DNA of 64,000 nucleotides from Sandaracinaceae bacterium (GCA_044220955.1 JBGAQA010000024.1:1-64000), one strand, 5' to 3'; positions 28,854 to 53,261 are shown, counted from the stretch's first letter. A program made the numbers and translations. Notes: a model not told the origin generated them from the sequence alone.

Positions 28854-29762
28854 GTGTCTATGCGATGTGATTTCCCGGGGCTACGCCCCGGACTGAGGCG
28901 GCTCCAGGCCCTCGCTTGCGGGGCATTCCTTCTGGTTTGGCTCAGCGGCGGTCAGTGCTCGCGCGAGCGAGTCGAGTCGCTGAACGAGATGAACGAGGGC
29001 GTCGTCCTCGCCGCGCAGAAGAACTATCTCGACGCGGTCGAGAAGCTTCAGCACGCGGCGGCGATCGATCCCACCAACGATCAGGCGTACTGGAACCTCG
29101 CCATCGTGCACATGGAGATGCAGCGCTTCGATGCCGCGCGCGACGATCTCCAGCGAGCGATCCAGATCAACCCGAGTGTCGCCGGCTACCACGAGAAGCT
29201 CGGCACCGTGCTGATGGAGCTCGAGCAGTGGGACCAGGCGCGGGAGAGCTTCGAGCACGCGATCGAGCTCGATCCCGATCTGTTCAAGGCCTACTACAAG
29301 CTCGGTCAGATCCTCGAGCGGCAGGACGACGCGCAGGGCGCGCTGCAGCGCTACACCGAAGCGATCCAGCACGGACCGCGGTTCATCGAGGCCTACCGCG
29401 CGCTCGGCCGCATGTACGCCGATCTCGGCTACCTCGGCGAGGCGGTGCAGGTGCTCACGAGCGGCCTGCAGGTCGTGATCGACGGCACCGAGGACGAGGC
29501 GGATCTGCACCACCTGCTCGGCACCGTCTACCAGCAGCAGCGCAACTACGACCAGGCCGTGACGGAGTTCCACGCCGCGCTCGACATCGAGCCCGGCATG
29601 CAGGAGGCGATGTTCTCGCTCGGCTGGACGTACGCCCTGCAGAACAACCGCGACGAGGCGCGTCGCTACCTCAAGCGCTACGTCGACGCCGCGCAGGGGA
29701 CTGCGCCGGCGCACTACCTCAAGGCCGCTCAAGACCGGCTCACGCAGCTCGATCAGCCGTGA
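28854..29762 (+). CDS. Exported TPR protein (possible lipoprotein)
   Basis: Hydrophobic N-terminus ending GGQC and about 7 canonical TPRs. Confidence 0.8.
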   Translation: MSMRCDFPGLRPGLRRLQALACGAFLLVWLSGGQCSRERVESLNEMNEGVVLAAQKNYLDAVEKLQHAAAIDPTNDQAYWNLAIVHMEMQRFDAARDDLQRAIQINPSVAGYHEKLGTVLMELEQWDQARESFEHAIELDPDLFKAYYKLGQILERQDDAQGALQRYTEAIQHGPRFIEAYRALGRMYADLGYLGEAVQVLTSGLQVVIDGTEDEADLHHLLGTVYQQQRNYDQAVTEFHAALDIEPGMQEAMFSLGWTYALQNNRDEARRYLKRYVDAAQGTAPAHYLKAAQDRLTQLDQP

Positions 29763-29823
29763 GCCGATCGCGAGCGACGCGCTCGCGGGTGACTTTTCCC
29801 CGGTGATCCTTTGGAGGTGTTAG

Positions 29824-39941
<10,118 letters not shown>

Positions 39942-39945
<4 letters not shown>

Positions 39946-40433
39946 CCACCCTCGCGGCGGTTCCGCTGCCGACGCGTCGTGCGACGCGCCGGCTCGGGGC
40001 CGCCCTCGCGGATGCGAGCTGCCCGGGCGACGTCCTCGTGCTCGAGGGGCCGCTCGGCGCGGGCAAGACGTTCCTGGCGCGAGCCATCGCGCGCGCGCTG
40101 GGCGTTCCCTCGACCGTTCCGGTGGCGTCGCCGACGTTCGGGCTCGTACACCAGCTCGCCGGCCGCGTGCCCGTCGTGCACGCCGATCTCTACCGGATCG
40201 GAGCCGCGGCGGAGCTCCCCGAGCTGGGGCTCGACGAGGCCCGGCTCGGCGCAGTGGCGATCGTGGAGTGGGGCGCCCGCTTCGGGGACGCGCTCTCGCC
40301 CGAGCGCCTCGTCGTCACGATCGAGCGGCCGATCGACGGCGCACGCCGCGCGCTGCTCTCCGCCCACGGCGCGCGTGCGCACGCCCTCGCGGTCCAGGTC
40401 GCATCGACGCTTGCCGCGCCTGGCTCGCCCTGA
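39942..40433 (+). CDS. tsaE: tRNA threonylcarbamoyladenosine ATPase TsaE
   Basis: [33 protein letters not shown] overlap with the upstream gene. Confidence 0.93.
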
Positions 40434-40450
40434 TAACCCGCCGGTCCGAC

Positions 40451-43846
<3,396 letters not shown>

Positions 43847-43847
43847 C

Positions 43848-44750
43848 ATGAGCGGGCGGCGCGCGGCAGTCGTCTCGCTCGCGTGGCTCGCGCTCGGGGT
43901 CGGGCTGACCCGAGGCGTGGCGCAGGCGCCCAGCGACGCCGTCCACTTCCGGCAGGTGCATCTGCGCGCCTGGGATGGCGCCGACGGGCGCGTCCTGGTC
44001 ACCTTTCCTCGTCGCGCCGATGGACGCGAGCACGCGTCGCACGAGCGACTGCCCATCGTGATCGCGCTTCACGGCCAGGGGGAGGCCCGGCGTGGCGCCG
44101 AGCGCGGCGTGCTCGGCTGGGTCTCCGACTACCACCTGCCGGACGCGTTCGCGGCGCTCGCGCGCGGCAGGCTGACCGAGGCCGACTACCAGGGATTCGT
44201 ACGACCGGAGCACCTGGCGGCGCGGAACCGCGCGCTCGCGGCCCGTGCCTTCCAGGGTGTGTGCGTCGTGACACCGTACACGCCGGACCTGATGAGCGAG
44301 CCGCCGGGAGCCGACGCCCTTCGCCGCTACGGGGACTGGCTCGTCGGGCCGATGCTCGCCGCCGTGCGGGCGGAGGTGCCTTTCGTCGCGCTCACGCGTG
44401 ACGGGACCGGGATCGACGGGGTGTCGCTCGGCGGCATGATCGCCCTCGAGGTCGGGCTCCGCCACCCGGCCGAGCTCGGGAGCGTCGGGGCCATCCAGCC
44501 GGCGATCCGTGACCGCGTCGCGGCGCTGGCGGCGCTGGCCGACGGCACGCAACGCCTGCGTCTCGTGTCGAGTGACGACGATCCGTTCCTCGGGGTGACG
44601 CGGGAGCTCTCGGCTGCCTTGTTGGCTCGCCAGGCCGACCACGACCTCGTGGTGACCCCGGGGCCCCACGGCTACGACTTCAACCGCGGGCCGGGCGGCG
44701 TCGAGCTGCTCTTCTTCCACGATCGCGCGCTCGCGCGCGAGGCGATGTGA
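43848..44750 (+). CDS. Secreted alpha/beta-hydrolase (esterase family)
   Basis: Signal peptide, IALHGQGE, GVSLGG nucleophile elbow, DPF, GPHGY. Confidence 0.75.
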   Translation: MSGRRAAVVSLAWLALGVGLTRGVAQAPSDAVHFRQVHLRAWDGADGRVLVTFPRRADGREHASHERLPIVIALHGQGEARRGAERGVLGWVSDYHLPDAFAALARGRLTEADYQGFVRPEHLAARNRALAARAFQGVCVVTPYTPDLMSEPPGADALRRYGDWLVGPMLAAVRAEVPFVALTRDGTGIDGVSLGGMIALEVGLRHPAELGSVGAIQPAIRDRVAALAALADGTQRLRLVSSDDDPFLGVTRELSAALLARQADHDLVVTPGPHGYDFNRGPGGVELLFFHDRALAREAM

Positions 44751-44803
44751 GACCTGTCGCGTCTCGAAACCGCGCGAATTCGGTGTCTTGGCGCGAGTCG
44801 GCG

Positions 44804-44833
44804 TTGACCCGGCCGCCGCGATCGGCATAGATA
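44804..44833 (+). promoter_or_regulatory. Putative sigma70 promoter of greA
   Basis: TTGACC-N18-TAGATA, the same hexamers as the tRNA-Gln promoter. Confidence 0.5.
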
Positions 44834-44843
44834 GTCGACGTCC

Positions 44844-45317
44844 ATGGAGAAGGTCCCGATGACTCCGGAGGGGCACGCTGCCCTCCACGCCGAGCTCGCC
44901 CAGCTCAAGAACGTCGAGCGCCTGAAGATCTCGCGCGAGATCGGGGTCGCGCGCGAGCACGGCGACCTCCGCGAGAACGCCGAGTATCACGCCGCAAAAG
45001 AGAAACAGGGGATGATCGAGGCGCGCATCGCCGTGCTCGAGGACCACATCGCGCGGGCGGACGTCATCGACCCGAAGAACAACGTGGGCGACACGATCAA
45101 GTTCGGCGCGCACGTGACGCTCGAGGACACCGAGACCGGCGACGTGAAGAAGTACCGGATCGTGGGGCCCGACGAGGCCGACATCAAGAAGGGCACCATC
45201 GCGGCGACCTCGCCCGTGGCCCGAGCTCTCGTCGGTCGGCGCGCGGGGGACGAGGTCACGGTGAAGGCGCCGGGCGGCGAGCGCGTGTACGAGATCAAGA
45301 AGATCGCCTGGGAGTGA
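44844..45317 (+). CDS. greA: Transcription elongation factor GreA
   Basis: PMTPEG, AREHGDLRENAEYHAAKE, YRIVGPDEAD, SPVARALVG. Confidence 0.97.
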   Translation: MEKVPMTPEGHAALHAELAQLKNVERLKISREIGVAREHGDLRENAEYHAAKEKQGMIEARIAVLEDHIARADVIDPKNNVGDTIKFGAHVTLEDTETGDVKKYRIVGPDEADIKKGTIAATSPVARALVGRRAGDEVTVKAPGGERVYEIKKIAWE

Positions 45318-45324
45318 GCGGGAC

Positions 45325-45747
45325 GTGTCCGTCCACCAGGCGACCATCGAGCTCGACTTCGCCGTACCGCCGGCGCGCCTCTGGGAGGCGATCACGGACC
45401 ACGAGGGGATGACCAAGTGGGCCGGCGCGCCCGTGCGCCTCATCGCCCGCGGCGACGCCGACGGTGTGGGTGCCGTGCGACGTGTCCGGATGGGCGCCCT
45501 CTCGATCGACGAAGAGGTGGTCTACGCGGACGCGCCGCGACGCCTCGTGTATCGGATCGTGCGCGGCATGCCCGTCAGCTTCCACCGCGGCGAGATGCTG
45601 GTGCTGCCCACGGAGAAAGGGTCTCGCCTCACGTGGAAGATCCTGCTCGCCTCCGACGTGCCCGGCTTCGCCCGGCTCACGGCGAGGACGCTCGAGCGTG
45701 CGCTCGGCCGCGGCCTGCGGGAGCTGCGGGGGCTCATCGGCGGCTGA
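45325..45747 (+). CDS. SRPBCC (START/polyketide cyclase) family protein
   Basis: P...LWEAITDH..M..W, GVGAVRR, EEVV....PRRLVY. Confidence 0.8.
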   Translation: MSVHQATIELDFAVPPARLWEAITDHEGMTKWAGAPVRLIARGDADGVGAVRRVRMGALSIDEEVVYADAPRRLVYRIVRGMPVSFHRGEMLVLPTEKGSRLTWKILLASDVPGFARLTARTLERALGRGLRELRGLIGG

Positions 45748-45767
45748 GCGCCCGGGTCCGCCCGAGC

Positions 45768-47492
45768 TCACCTGAACGGTCCGCGGGTCGGGCGTAGCGC
45801 AACGGCGAGACCGAGCGAGGCGGCGACGATCTCGGAGGCCCGGTCGGGCGCGAGCCCGGCGCCGAGCGGCGCGTCGAGCGTCACCCGGATTCCCTCCGCG
45901 TCCACGCGCACGTGCCCGAAGCGCGCCAGCCGGCCGAGCGCCTCCCGTGCCCCGGGCGCGAGCCGCGCGGCCGTCGCCTCCGCGATGCCTTCCGCGTCGG
46001 TGGTGACCGGCTGCTCGAGGCGCAGCTCCAGCGCCGGCCGCACCGAGACGAGGGTGCCGCTCGGCGTGCCTGCGTCGTCGAAGAGCGTCACGACCTCGAC
46101 CGACGCGTCCGGGCCTGCCGCGACGACGCGCGCGTGTCCAGGCTCGAGCGTTCCGGCGAGGCGCTCGGCGAGCGCGCGCCACGCGCTCGCCGAGTCGACG
46201 AGCGCGGTCGGCATCGGTGGCGCGAGCGCGAGGGCCTCCGCGATCGCCGCCATGTCTCGCACCACGCGCCCGACGCTCGCGCGATCGTTGGCCGGCGTCG
46301 CGATCGCGTAGCGCAGGGTTGTGTCCGTCATCTCGATCGCACGGGCGCGCCGGAGCAAGCCAGCGATGCGCGCGACGAGGACGGCCGCCTGGCTGGGGTC
46401 GCGCGCGCGGACCACGCAGCGGGGGCTGAGGCCCGCGCGCCTCGCGGTGGCGCGGCCCTGCACCGAGAGCGCCGCGAGCGCCGGCTCGTGGACGTGCAGC
46501 CCCAGGTGGAGCGAGGGCATCTCGACGCGGACCGTGAGGCGGGTGCCATCGCGCGTCAGCTCGCGGCTCGCCCTGGCGAGGACCCCGCCGCGCTCGACCA
46601 CGAGGGTCGGGCCACTCTCGACGCGAGCGCCCTCTGCCGCGCCCACGCTGGTGAAGAGCTCGAGCAGGCGGGCCTCGCCGACGTGAGGGGGCACGACGCG
46701 CCTCGCGCCGCGGAGGCCGCCCGGGTCGACCAGCCGGATCGGCAGCGAGGCCGACACGACCGGCCCGAAGCGCCCGCGCGCCTCTCCTTCGAGCCGGTAG
46801 ACGAGATCCAGCCCCGGCATGCGCGTCGTGGGGGTGAGGTCATCGGGCACGCGGAACGCGAACGAGCCGGGCCGATCCAGGGCGACGCTCCACGCGCCGA
46901 CGCGCGTCATGACCCCGTCGCGCTCCTCGTAGAGCGCGAGGGCGACGCGGCTGGCGACGCGCCCCACGTCGCGCAACACGAAGGTCCCGTCGATCACACC
47001 ACCGACCTCCACGGTGTCGGTGCCGATCGCGATCTCGGCGTAGGGGCTGCCGGCCTGGGGCCCCTCGATGCGTGAGACGCCCACGCGGGGTGTGCCCGCG
47101 ACGGGCTCGCTCGGCGGCGCGACGACGTGCAGCGCGAACTCCGAGCGCGCGTCGGGCCACCACGGGATCGACGCGTGGACGCTCACCTCGTAGACGACCC
47201 GCGTCGCCGGCCCCGGGTGCGAGCGCGGCGCGTCCGCGGGGAGGGTCATCCGGCAGGGCAGCTCCGTGGTGCCGACGGAGAGGACGCGTCGCTCGGAGAC
47301 GCGCCCGGCGAGCGTGGCGAGCGTCCGCACCTCCTCCCCCCAGACGAGGCGCCCGGCGAGCGCGAGGTCGCACCACTCGATCTCGACCTCCCGCTCGGCG
47401 TCGAGCAGCACAGCCACATCGAAGGGTCGTCCCGGGACGACGTCGCGAGGGGCGCGCAAGCGCACGCGGGGGCGCGTCCGGAGCAGCGGCAC
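45768..47492 (-). CDS. Hypothetical protein with N-terminal arrestin/SpoOM-like beta-sandwich
   Basis: LP.DAP.SH.G....VVYEV.VHASIPWWPD. Host-like codon usage. Confidence 0.55.
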   Translation of the reverse strand: MPLLRTRPRVRLRAPRDVVPGRPFDVAVLLDAEREVEIEWCDLALAGRLVWGEEVRTLATLAGRVSERRVLSVGTTELPCRMTLPADAPRSHPGPATRVVYEVSVHASIPWWPDARSEFALHVVAPPSEPVAGTPRVGVSRIEGPQAGSPYAEIAIGTDTVEVGGVIDGTFVLRDVGRVASRVALALYEERDGVMTRVGAWSVALDRPGSFAFRVPDDLTPTTRMPGLDLVYRLEGEARGRFGPVVSASLPIRLVDPGGLRGARRVVPPHVGEARLLELFTSVGAAEGARVESGPTLVVERGGVLARASRELTRDGTRLTVRVEMPSLHLGLHVHEPALAALSVQGRATARRAGLSPRCVVRARDPSQAAVLVARIAGLLRRARAIEMTDTTLRYAIATPANDRASVGRVVRDMAAIAEALALAPPMPTALVDSASAWRALAERLAGTLEPGHARVVAAGPDASVEVVTLFDDAGTPSGTLVSVRPALELRLEQPVTTDAEGIAEATAARLAPGAREALGRLARFGHVRVDAEGIRVTLDAPLGAGLAPDRASEIVAASLGLAVALRPTRGPFR

Positions 47493-47548
47493 GCCGCATC
47501 CTACCTGGCTTCCGGAACGCGCGGCCTGCGTGCGATGCTCCGCGCGCC

Positions 47549-49177
47549 ATGACGAATCGTGCTCGCTCGCTCGCCGTCCTCATCGCCGCGCTCGCGGCCT
47601 TCGGGTGCGCCGGGACACCGCACCCTCGCACCGTCGCCCGCGCCGAGCCGCCGCCCGAGCCGCCCCTACCGCGGCTCCCGTGGGAGACGGTGCGCCCGGT
47701 CGCGCCGACGATCGAGTCGGCTCTCGTCGCGATCACCGGGGCTACCGTGATGACGGCGAGCGGGCAGGTGATCGAGCACGGCGTCGTCCTGATCGAGGAC
47801 GGCCGCATCCGCGCGGTCGGTGCGGCCTCGAGCGTGAGCGTCCCGCGCGGGGCGACGATCGTGGACGCGACGGGAAGGTTCGTGACGCCGGGCGTGATCG
47901 ACACGCACTCGCACATGGGCGTGTACCCGGTGCCGGAGGTGACGGCGCACGACGACGGCAACGAAGCGACGTCGCCGGTCACTGCACAGGTGCGCGCGAT
48001 CGACTCGTTCTGGCCCCAGGATCCCGCCCTCGCGCGGGCGCTCGCGTCGGGCATCACGACGATCCAGGTGCTGCCCGGCTCGGCGAACCTGATCGGCGGT
48101 GCCGGCGAGACCATCCACATGCACCTCGGTCGCGCGGCGACGGAGATGGAGTTCCCCGAGGCGCCCGACACGATGAAGATGGCGTGCGGCGAGAACCCCA
48201 AGCGGGTCTATGGCTCGGAGCACCAGTTCCCCTCGACGAGGATGGGCAACATCGCGGGCTACCGGGAGGCGTTCCAGCACGCGGTCGAGTACGGACAGAG
48301 CTGGGCGCACTGGCAGGAGGAGCAGCAGCAGTGGCAGCGCAACCAGGACGCCTGGGCGCGGCACCAGGCGGAGGAGATGGAGGCGGTCGACGCGGCGGCG
48401 AGCGAGGGAGAGGGCGATGGCGATGGCGAGGGCGAGGGCGAGGGCGAGGGCGAGGGCGAGGGCGAGGGCGATGACGACGCCACCGATCCGGGCCCGGCGC
48501 CCACCCCGCCGGCGCGCGACTTCGGCCTCGAGCTCTTGCTCGGTGCCATCGAGGGGCGCGTGCTGGTGCAGATGCATTGCTATCGCGCGGACGAGATGGC
48601 GCGGATGATCGAGATCAGCCACGAGTTCGGCTTCCGCATCCAGTCGTTTCACCACGCGGTCGAGGCCTACAAGATCCGGGACCTGCTCGCGGCCGAGGAG
48701 ATCTCGATCAGCACGTGGGCCGACTGGTGGGGCTTCAAGCTCGAGGCGTTCGACGCCATCCCCGAGAACCTCGCGCTGCTCACGCAGGCCGGCGTGCGCG
48801 GCATCGTGCACTCGGACAGCCCGATGCTCACCCAGCGCTTGCCGCAGGAGGCGGCCAAGGCGATGACCGCCGGGCGAGAGCACGGCATCCCCATCACGGA
48901 CGACCAGGCGCTGCGCTGGATCACCGCGAACCCCGCGTGGGCGCTCGGGATCGACGATCGCGTCGGCACCCTCGAAGAGGGGCGGATCGCGGACGTGGTG
49001 GTGTGGTCGGGCTCGCCGTTCAGCGTCTACACGCACGCCGATCTCGTCTTCGTCGACGGCATCCTCGAGTACGACCGCGCGCGGGACGGGGCCGCGCCGA
49101 TCACCGACTTCGAGGTCGGGATGGACCTCGAAGAGCCCGGCATCCCGCCGGCGAGCACGCTCGGAGGTGGCCGATGA
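47549..49177 (+). CDS. Amidohydrolase family lipoprotein with intact metal site
   Basis: Lipobox AFGC, TPGVIDTHSH, KMACGENPK, QMHCYR, FHHAVE, HSD, GTLEEG..ADVVVW. Confidence 0.88.
   Translation: MTNRARSLAVLIAALAAFGCAGTPHPRTVARAEPPPEPPLPRLPWETVRPVAPTIESALVAITGATVMTASGQVIEHGVVLIEDGRIRAVGAASSVSVPRGATIVDATGRFVTPGVIDTHSHMGVYPVPEVTAHDDGNEATSPVTAQVRAIDSFWPQDPALARALASGITTIQVLPGSANLIGGAGETIHMHLGRAATEMEFPEAPDTMKMACGENPKRVYGSEHQFPSTRMGNIAGYREAFQHAVEYGQSWAHWQEEQQQWQRNQDAWARHQAEEMEAVDAAASEGEGDGDGEGEGEGEGEGEGEGDDDATDPGPAPTPPARDFGLELLLGAIEGRVLVQMHCYRADEMARMIEISHEFGFRIQSFHHAVEAYKIRDLLAAEEISISTWADWWGFKLEAFDAIPENLALLTQAGVRGIVHSDSPMLTQRLPQEAAKAMTAGREHGIPITDDQALRWITANPAWALGIDDRVGTLEEGRIADVVVWSGSPFSVYTHADLVFVDGILEYDRARDGAAPITDFEVGMDLEEPGIPPASTLGGGR
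48404..48472 (+). repeat. In-frame hexamer microsatellite, (GAGGGC)x7 perfect at 48428..48469, encoding (EG/DG)n
   Basis: Read directly from the sequence. Confidence 0.9.
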
Positions 49178-50640
49178 GCTCGCGCTCGATCCTCGTCGTG
49201 CTCGCCGCGACGCTCGCCCTGCCGTCTCCGGTGGCGGCGCAGCCCGCCCGTCCGCCCGCGCACGGGCACACTGGCCTCGCCTCGGCGATCGAGACCTCGA
49301 TCGCGATCACGGGCGGCCGTCTCCGCCTCGGCGACGGGCACGACTTGGAGAACGCGACGATCGTCATCCGCGGCGACCGCATCGTGAGCGTCGCGTCGGG
49401 CGCGGCGGCCCCGCCCGACGCCACCGTCATCGATGCGACCGGACAGAACGTCACCGCCGGGCTCATCTCGCTGATGACGCCGATCGGCCTGGGCGAGATC
49501 GAGCTCGAGACCTCGACGATGGACATCGGCCAGGAGGGCGAGGACGCGGACGCCATCCGCGCCGCCTTCTCCGCGGCCGACGGCTACAACCCGCTCTCCA
49601 CCCTGATCCCGGTCGCTCGTCTCGGGGGTGTGACGTCCGCGCTCTGCGTCCCCGAGGGTGGCCTCGTGCCCGGGACCAGCGCCTGGGTCGACCTCGCCGG
49701 CCGCACCCTCTCCTCGGTCGTCCGCGACGACACGGCCGCGCTCCACGTCAGCTACGACGACACGGGCTTCTCGGCGGTGCACGGGGCGCGCTCGTCCGCC
49801 ATCGAGGCTCTACGCTCGCTCTTCGACGACGCGCGCCTCTACCAGCGCTCGCACGCGCAGTACGACCGCGGCCAGTTCCGCGACACCGACATCTCGCGCC
49901 TGGATCTCGAGCGGGTCGGGGCCGCGATGCGTGGGGAGTTGCCCATCGTGGTCCGCACGGCGCGCGCGAGCGACATCCTGCGCGTGCTCGCCCTCGCCGA
50001 CGAGTACGGCCTCCGCGTGGTGCTCTCCGGGGTCGAGGAGGGCTGGATGGTCGCGCAGGAGATCGAGGCCGCGCACGTGCCCGTGATCGTCGAGCCGATG
50101 GCGAACCTGCCGACCCGCTTCTCCGCGCTGCACACGCGCTACGACAACGCCGCGCTCCTCGCGCAGGCCGGCGTCGACGTGATGATCATGTCTCCCGGCG
50201 CCTGGGACGTGCACAACCTCCGGCAGGAGGCCGGCAACGCGGTCGCCAACGGGATGAACTGGGACGCCGCGCTCCGCGCGGTCACGTCGATCCCCGCGCG
50301 CGTGTTCGGGATGGACGGCCAGTACGGCACGATCGCTCCCGATCACATCGCGAACGTCGTGGTGTGGAGCGGTGATCCCTTCGAGGTCACCACGGTCGCG
50401 CGGCACGTGATCATCCGAGGCCACGACGTGCCGCTCGTCTCGCGCCAGACGGAGCTCTTCGAGCGCTACCGCGCGCTCGACGAGACCCGCCGCGGATACC
50501 GGGAGCCCTGGTCCGTGCCCGTCGTGCCGCCGGACGACGACGCGGAGGACGACGCGGAGGACGACGCGCAGGACGAGAGCGAGGTGAGGGCCGAGGACGC
50601 GGCGAGCGCGGACCCCCTCGGGACCCTCGTCGCGGACTGA
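49174..50640 (+). CDS. Amidohydrolase-fold secreted protein with degenerate metal site
   Basis: ATGA overlap, signal peptide, IDATGQNVTAGLISLMT (HxH lost), GTIAP..IANVVVWSGDPFE, acidic tail with DDAE repeats. Confidence 0.8.
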   Translation: MSSRSILVVLAATLALPSPVAAQPARPPAHGHTGLASAIETSIAITGGRLRLGDGHDLENATIVIRGDRIVSVASGAAAPPDATVIDATGQNVTAGLISLMTPIGLGEIELETSTMDIGQEGEDADAIRAAFSAADGYNPLSTLIPVARLGGVTSALCVPEGGLVPGTSAWVDLAGRTLSSVVRDDTAALHVSYDDTGFSAVHGARSSAIEALRSLFDDARLYQRSHAQYDRGQFRDTDISRLDLERVGAAMRGELPIVVRTARASDILRVLALADEYGLRVVLSGVEEGWMVAQEIEAAHVPVIVEPMANLPTRFSALHTRYDNAALLAQAGVDVMIMSPGAWDVHNLRQEAGNAVANGMNWDAALRAVTSIPARVFGMDGQYGTIAPDHIANVVVWSGDPFEVTTVARHVIIRGHDVPLVSRQTELFERYRALDETRRGYREPWSVPVVPPDDDAEDDAEDDAQDESEVRAEDAASADPLGTLVAD

Positions 50641-50732
50641 CGGGGCCTTCGACCGGCGGTTTCTTGGGCATGGAGTGGATGTGGGATAAAGTCCTACCAA
50701 CGCATCGAGGCGATGCGGTTGGGAGGCCCTTC

Positions 50733-51131
50733 ATGAGCACGTCACGCGTTCCGATTCGCAAGACGACCCGCCACGTCGTTCGCACGCGCGGGCAGATCGT
50801 GGATCTCGAGAGCTTCAAGCTGATCGGGGATCGGTTCCTCGACGTGAGCGCCCAGGGATGCCTCGTCGCGTGCGACCGGGGCGTGATCGCCGGCCAGCGC
50901 ATGCTGATGTCGTTCCGGCTGCCCTCGAGCGGCCTCTGGTTCGACGCGGAGGGCGAGATCGTTCGCGTGGTCGAGGGCTGGCGCGACGGAGATCCCGGGT
51001 ACGCCGCCGGCGTCCGCTTCGTGGAGTTCGAGCGACGCGCGCGGCTCGAGCTGGGGATCGACCTGCGGGCCTTGCCGCAGGCCCCCATGACGCGCTCTCC
51101 GACGCAGCGACTCCGCCAGCTCGCGGCGTGA
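50733..51131 (+). CDS. PilZ domain protein
   Basis: RxxxR (RKTTR) and DxSxxG (DVSAQG) c-di-GMP motifs, then GEIVR..GVRF. GGAGG RBS. Confidence 0.85.
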   Translation: MSTSRVPIRKTTRHVVRTRGQIVDLESFKLIGDRFLDVSAQGCLVACDRGVIAGQRMLMSFRLPSSGLWFDAEGEIVRVVEGWRDGDPGYAAGVRFVEFERRARLELGIDLRALPQAPMTRSPTQRLRQLAA

Positions 51132-51138
51132 GCGTGCG

Positions 51139-51495
51139 TCAGTCCGAGGCCACGCCGCCGCGGAAGACGAAGAACGCCGCTGCGCAGAGGCAGAGCGTGG
51201 CGTAGACGAAGTCCATCCCGACCGGACGCCGGAAGTAGAACGCGGCGAACGCCATGAAGACGCCCATGGTGATCAGCTCCTGGATCACCTTGAGCTGACC
51301 GAGGCTGAGCGCGCCGAACCCGATGCGGTTCGCGGGGACCTGGAAGCAGTACTCGAAGAACGCGATGCCCCAGCTCACGCCGATCGCCACCCAGAGCGGT
51401 CGGTCGCGCAGATCGCGCAGGTGCCCGTACCACGCGAACGTCATGAAGACGTTCGAGACGACGAGCAGGACGACGGTGCGTGCCCAGACCGGCAT
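51139..51495 (-). CDS. DMT family membrane protein (DUF486)
   Basis: SNVFMTFAWYGHL, SWGIAFFEYCFQVPANRIG, QLKVIQE. Confidence 0.9.
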   Translation of the reverse strand: MPVWARTVVLLVVSNVFMTFAWYGHLRDLRDRPLWVAIGVSWGIAFFEYCFQVPANRIGFGALSLGQLKVIQELITMGVFMAFAAFYFRRPVGMDFVYATLCLCAAAFFVFRGGVASD

Positions 51496-51575
51496 GGCCG
51501 CAGATTCCGCGCAATGGCGCGGCAGGGCCAGTTTCCAGCGCGCCCGCGCGAGCGTTTTGGTAGCGTTGCCGCCGG

Positions 51576-53087
<1,512 letters not shown>

Positions 53088-53098
53088 CCCAGCAAAGA

Positions 53099-53132
53099 CG
53101 AACGGCGCCTGGGCTGACCCAGGCGCCGTTCG
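53099..53132. terminator. 15-bp perfect hairpin between the convergent EBP gene and tRNA-Leu
   Basis: CGAACGGCGCCTGGG-CTGA-CCCAGGCGCCGTTCG, followed by TCTTT on the minus strand. Confidence 0.8.
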
Positions 53133-53136
53133 AGGA

Positions 53137-53219
53137 TGCGGAAGAGAGGACTTGAACCTCCACGGGGGTTACCCGCCAGATCCTTAGTCTGGTGCGTCTG
53201 CCAATTCCGCCACTTCCGC
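53137..53219 (-). tRNA. tRNA-Leu with anticodon AAG
   Basis: GCGGAAG-TG-GCG GAATTGGCAGA CGC-A-CCAGA CTAAGGA TCTGG-long variable arm-GGAGG TTCAAGT CCTCT-CTTCCGC-A. Loop reads C32 U33 A34 A35 G36 G37 A38, discriminator A73. Confidence 0.93.
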
Positions 53220-53233
53220 GTAGCAGGGGGCGG

Positions 53234-53261
53234 ACTGTATTCGGCGATGCTCCGAAGTCAA
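53234..53261 (-). promoter_or_regulatory. Putative stable-RNA promoter of tRNA-Leu(AAG)
   Basis: Minus strand TTGACT-N16-TACAGT followed by GC-rich CCGCCCC. Confidence 0.6.

Noticed and set aside
50533..50575. GACGACGCG(G/C)AG x3 and other short coding repeats (gltE tail, kinase LAPP repeats, poly-Pro at ~59230)
   Set aside because: Low-complexity protein linkers with no spacer structure, so not CRISPR or mobile repeats.
53137..53219. Reading the tRNA-Leu anticodon as TAA
   Set aside because: The 5-bp stem CCAGA/TCTGG fixes a 7-nt loop CTAAGGA, and conserved U33 and purine 37 place the anticodon at AAG.
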